NCBI RefSeq assembly: GCF_030028105.1
Contig: NC_092374.1
Coordinates: 178,522,057 to 178,586,056, forward strand
Direction of reading: 5' to 3'
Length of the DNA stretch: 64,000 bases
Origin: Mobula birostris
Taxonomy: Eukaryota
Made by a program: the position numbers and the translations under genes
Notes under the pieces: generated by a model
Told to the model about the DNA's origin: nothing
The model's database searches: none
What the model saw: the letters and a program-made list of their open reading frames with translations, nothing else
Shown: piece by piece, positions 62,961-64,000 of the stretch
How the letters are laid out: each line of letters starts with the position of its first letter
How positions within the stretch are numbered: the first letter of the stretch is position 1

Positions 62961-64000
62961 CAACACACATAAAAGTTGCTGGTGAACGCAGCAGGCCAGG
63001 CAGCATCTCTAGGAAGAGGTGCAGTCGACGTTTCAGGCCGAGACCCTTCGTCAGGACTAACTGAAGGAAGAGTGAGAAAGGGATTTGAAAGTTGGAGGGG
63101 GAGGGGGAGATCCAAAATGATAGGAGAAGACAGGAGGGGGAGGGATAGAGCCAAGAGCTGGACAGGTGATTGGCAAAAAGGATACGAGAGGATCATGGGA
63201 CAGGAGGTCTGGGAAGAAAGACAAGGAGGGCGGGGGGACCCAGAGGATGGGCAAGGGGTATATTCAGAGGGACAGAGGGAGAAAAAGGAGAGTGAGAGAA
63301 AGAATGTGTGTATAAAAATAAGTAACAGATGGGCTACGAGGGGGAGGTGGGGCATTAGCGGAAGTTAGAGAAGTCGACGTTCATGCCATCAGGTTGGAAG
63401 CTGCCCAGACGGAATATAGAATGAAAAGCCTCATCCTGAGAGCAGATGCGGTGGAGATGGAGGAATTGCGAGAAGGGGATGGCATTTTTGCAAGAGACAG
63501 GGTGAGAAGAGGAATAGTCCAGATAGCTGCGAGAGTATCCCCTTCCCGCAATTCCTCCGTCTCTGCCGCATCTGCTCTCAGGATGAGGCTTTTCATTCTA
63601 TGACGAGGGAGATGTCTTCCTTTTTTAAAGAAAGAGGCTTCCCTTCCTCTACTATCAACTCTGCTCTTAAACGCATCTCCCCCATTTCACGTACATCTGC
63701 TCTCACTCCATCCTCCCGCCACCCCACTAGGAATAGGGTTCCCCTGGTCCTCACCTACCACCCCACCAGCCTCCGGGTCCAACATATTATTCTACGTAAC
63801 CTCTGCCACCTCCAACGGGATCCCACCACTAAGCACATCTTTCCCTCCCCGCCTCTCTCTGCATTCCGCAGGGATCGCTCCTTACACAACTCCCTTGTTC
63901 ATTCGTCCCCCCCCATCCCTCCCCACTGATCTCCCTCCTGGCACTTATCCGTGTAAGCGGAACAAGTGCTACACATGCCCTTACACTTCCTCCCTTACCA
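62961..64000. mobile_element. Penelope-like element with inverted architecture, running off the window
   Basis: - strand terminal repeat 62961-63410 matching 46727-47180, an internal strand switch at 63417-63600, then + strand RT C-terminal region. Confidence 0.88.
63023..63058 (-). ncRNA. Minimal hammerhead ribozyme motif (Penelope)
   Basis: Same 36-nt motif as 46779-46814. Confidence 0.8.

Noticed and set aside
685-63929. Most remaining 60-190 aa ORFs in the track as host genes
   Set aside because: They are antisense or off-frame readings of LINE, LTR, Penelope or low-complexity sequence
1-64000. CRISPR arrays, operons or other prokaryotic systems
   Set aside because: The sequence is intron-containing vertebrate DNA with no regularly spaced repeat-spacer array

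Overview
Eukaryotic, transposon-rich vertebrate DNA; the repeat families and MHC sequences point to a cartilaginous fish, probably a ray (inference). It holds parts of two divergently transcribed MHC class I-like genes. Left gene (- strand): leader exon 7444-7495 and alpha1 exon 225-488 (rest lies left of the window), preceded by an ISRE plus a canonically spaced S-X1-X2-Y promoter module. Right gene (+ strand): leader 44738-44813, alpha1 58395-58643, alpha2 61050-61319 (missing from the ORF track, GC-AG donor) and alpha3 62105-62380; TM/cytoplasmic exons lie right of the window. The right gene is very divergent: it lacks almost all peptide-anchor residues and has a short proline-rich alpha1 helix, four extra cysteines and several N-glycan sequons in alpha3. 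It is the best candidate here for an undescribed nonclassical class I lineage. The rest is mostly nested retroelements: full-length L1 with TSD, CR1, Rex1/Babar, Penelope with hammerhead ribozymes, solo LTRs, a Gypsy gag remnant, an I-clade LINE, SINEs, a mariner foldback MITE and a hAT MITE. There is one assembly gap. All calls are by eye; repeat boundaries without a TSD are approximate.
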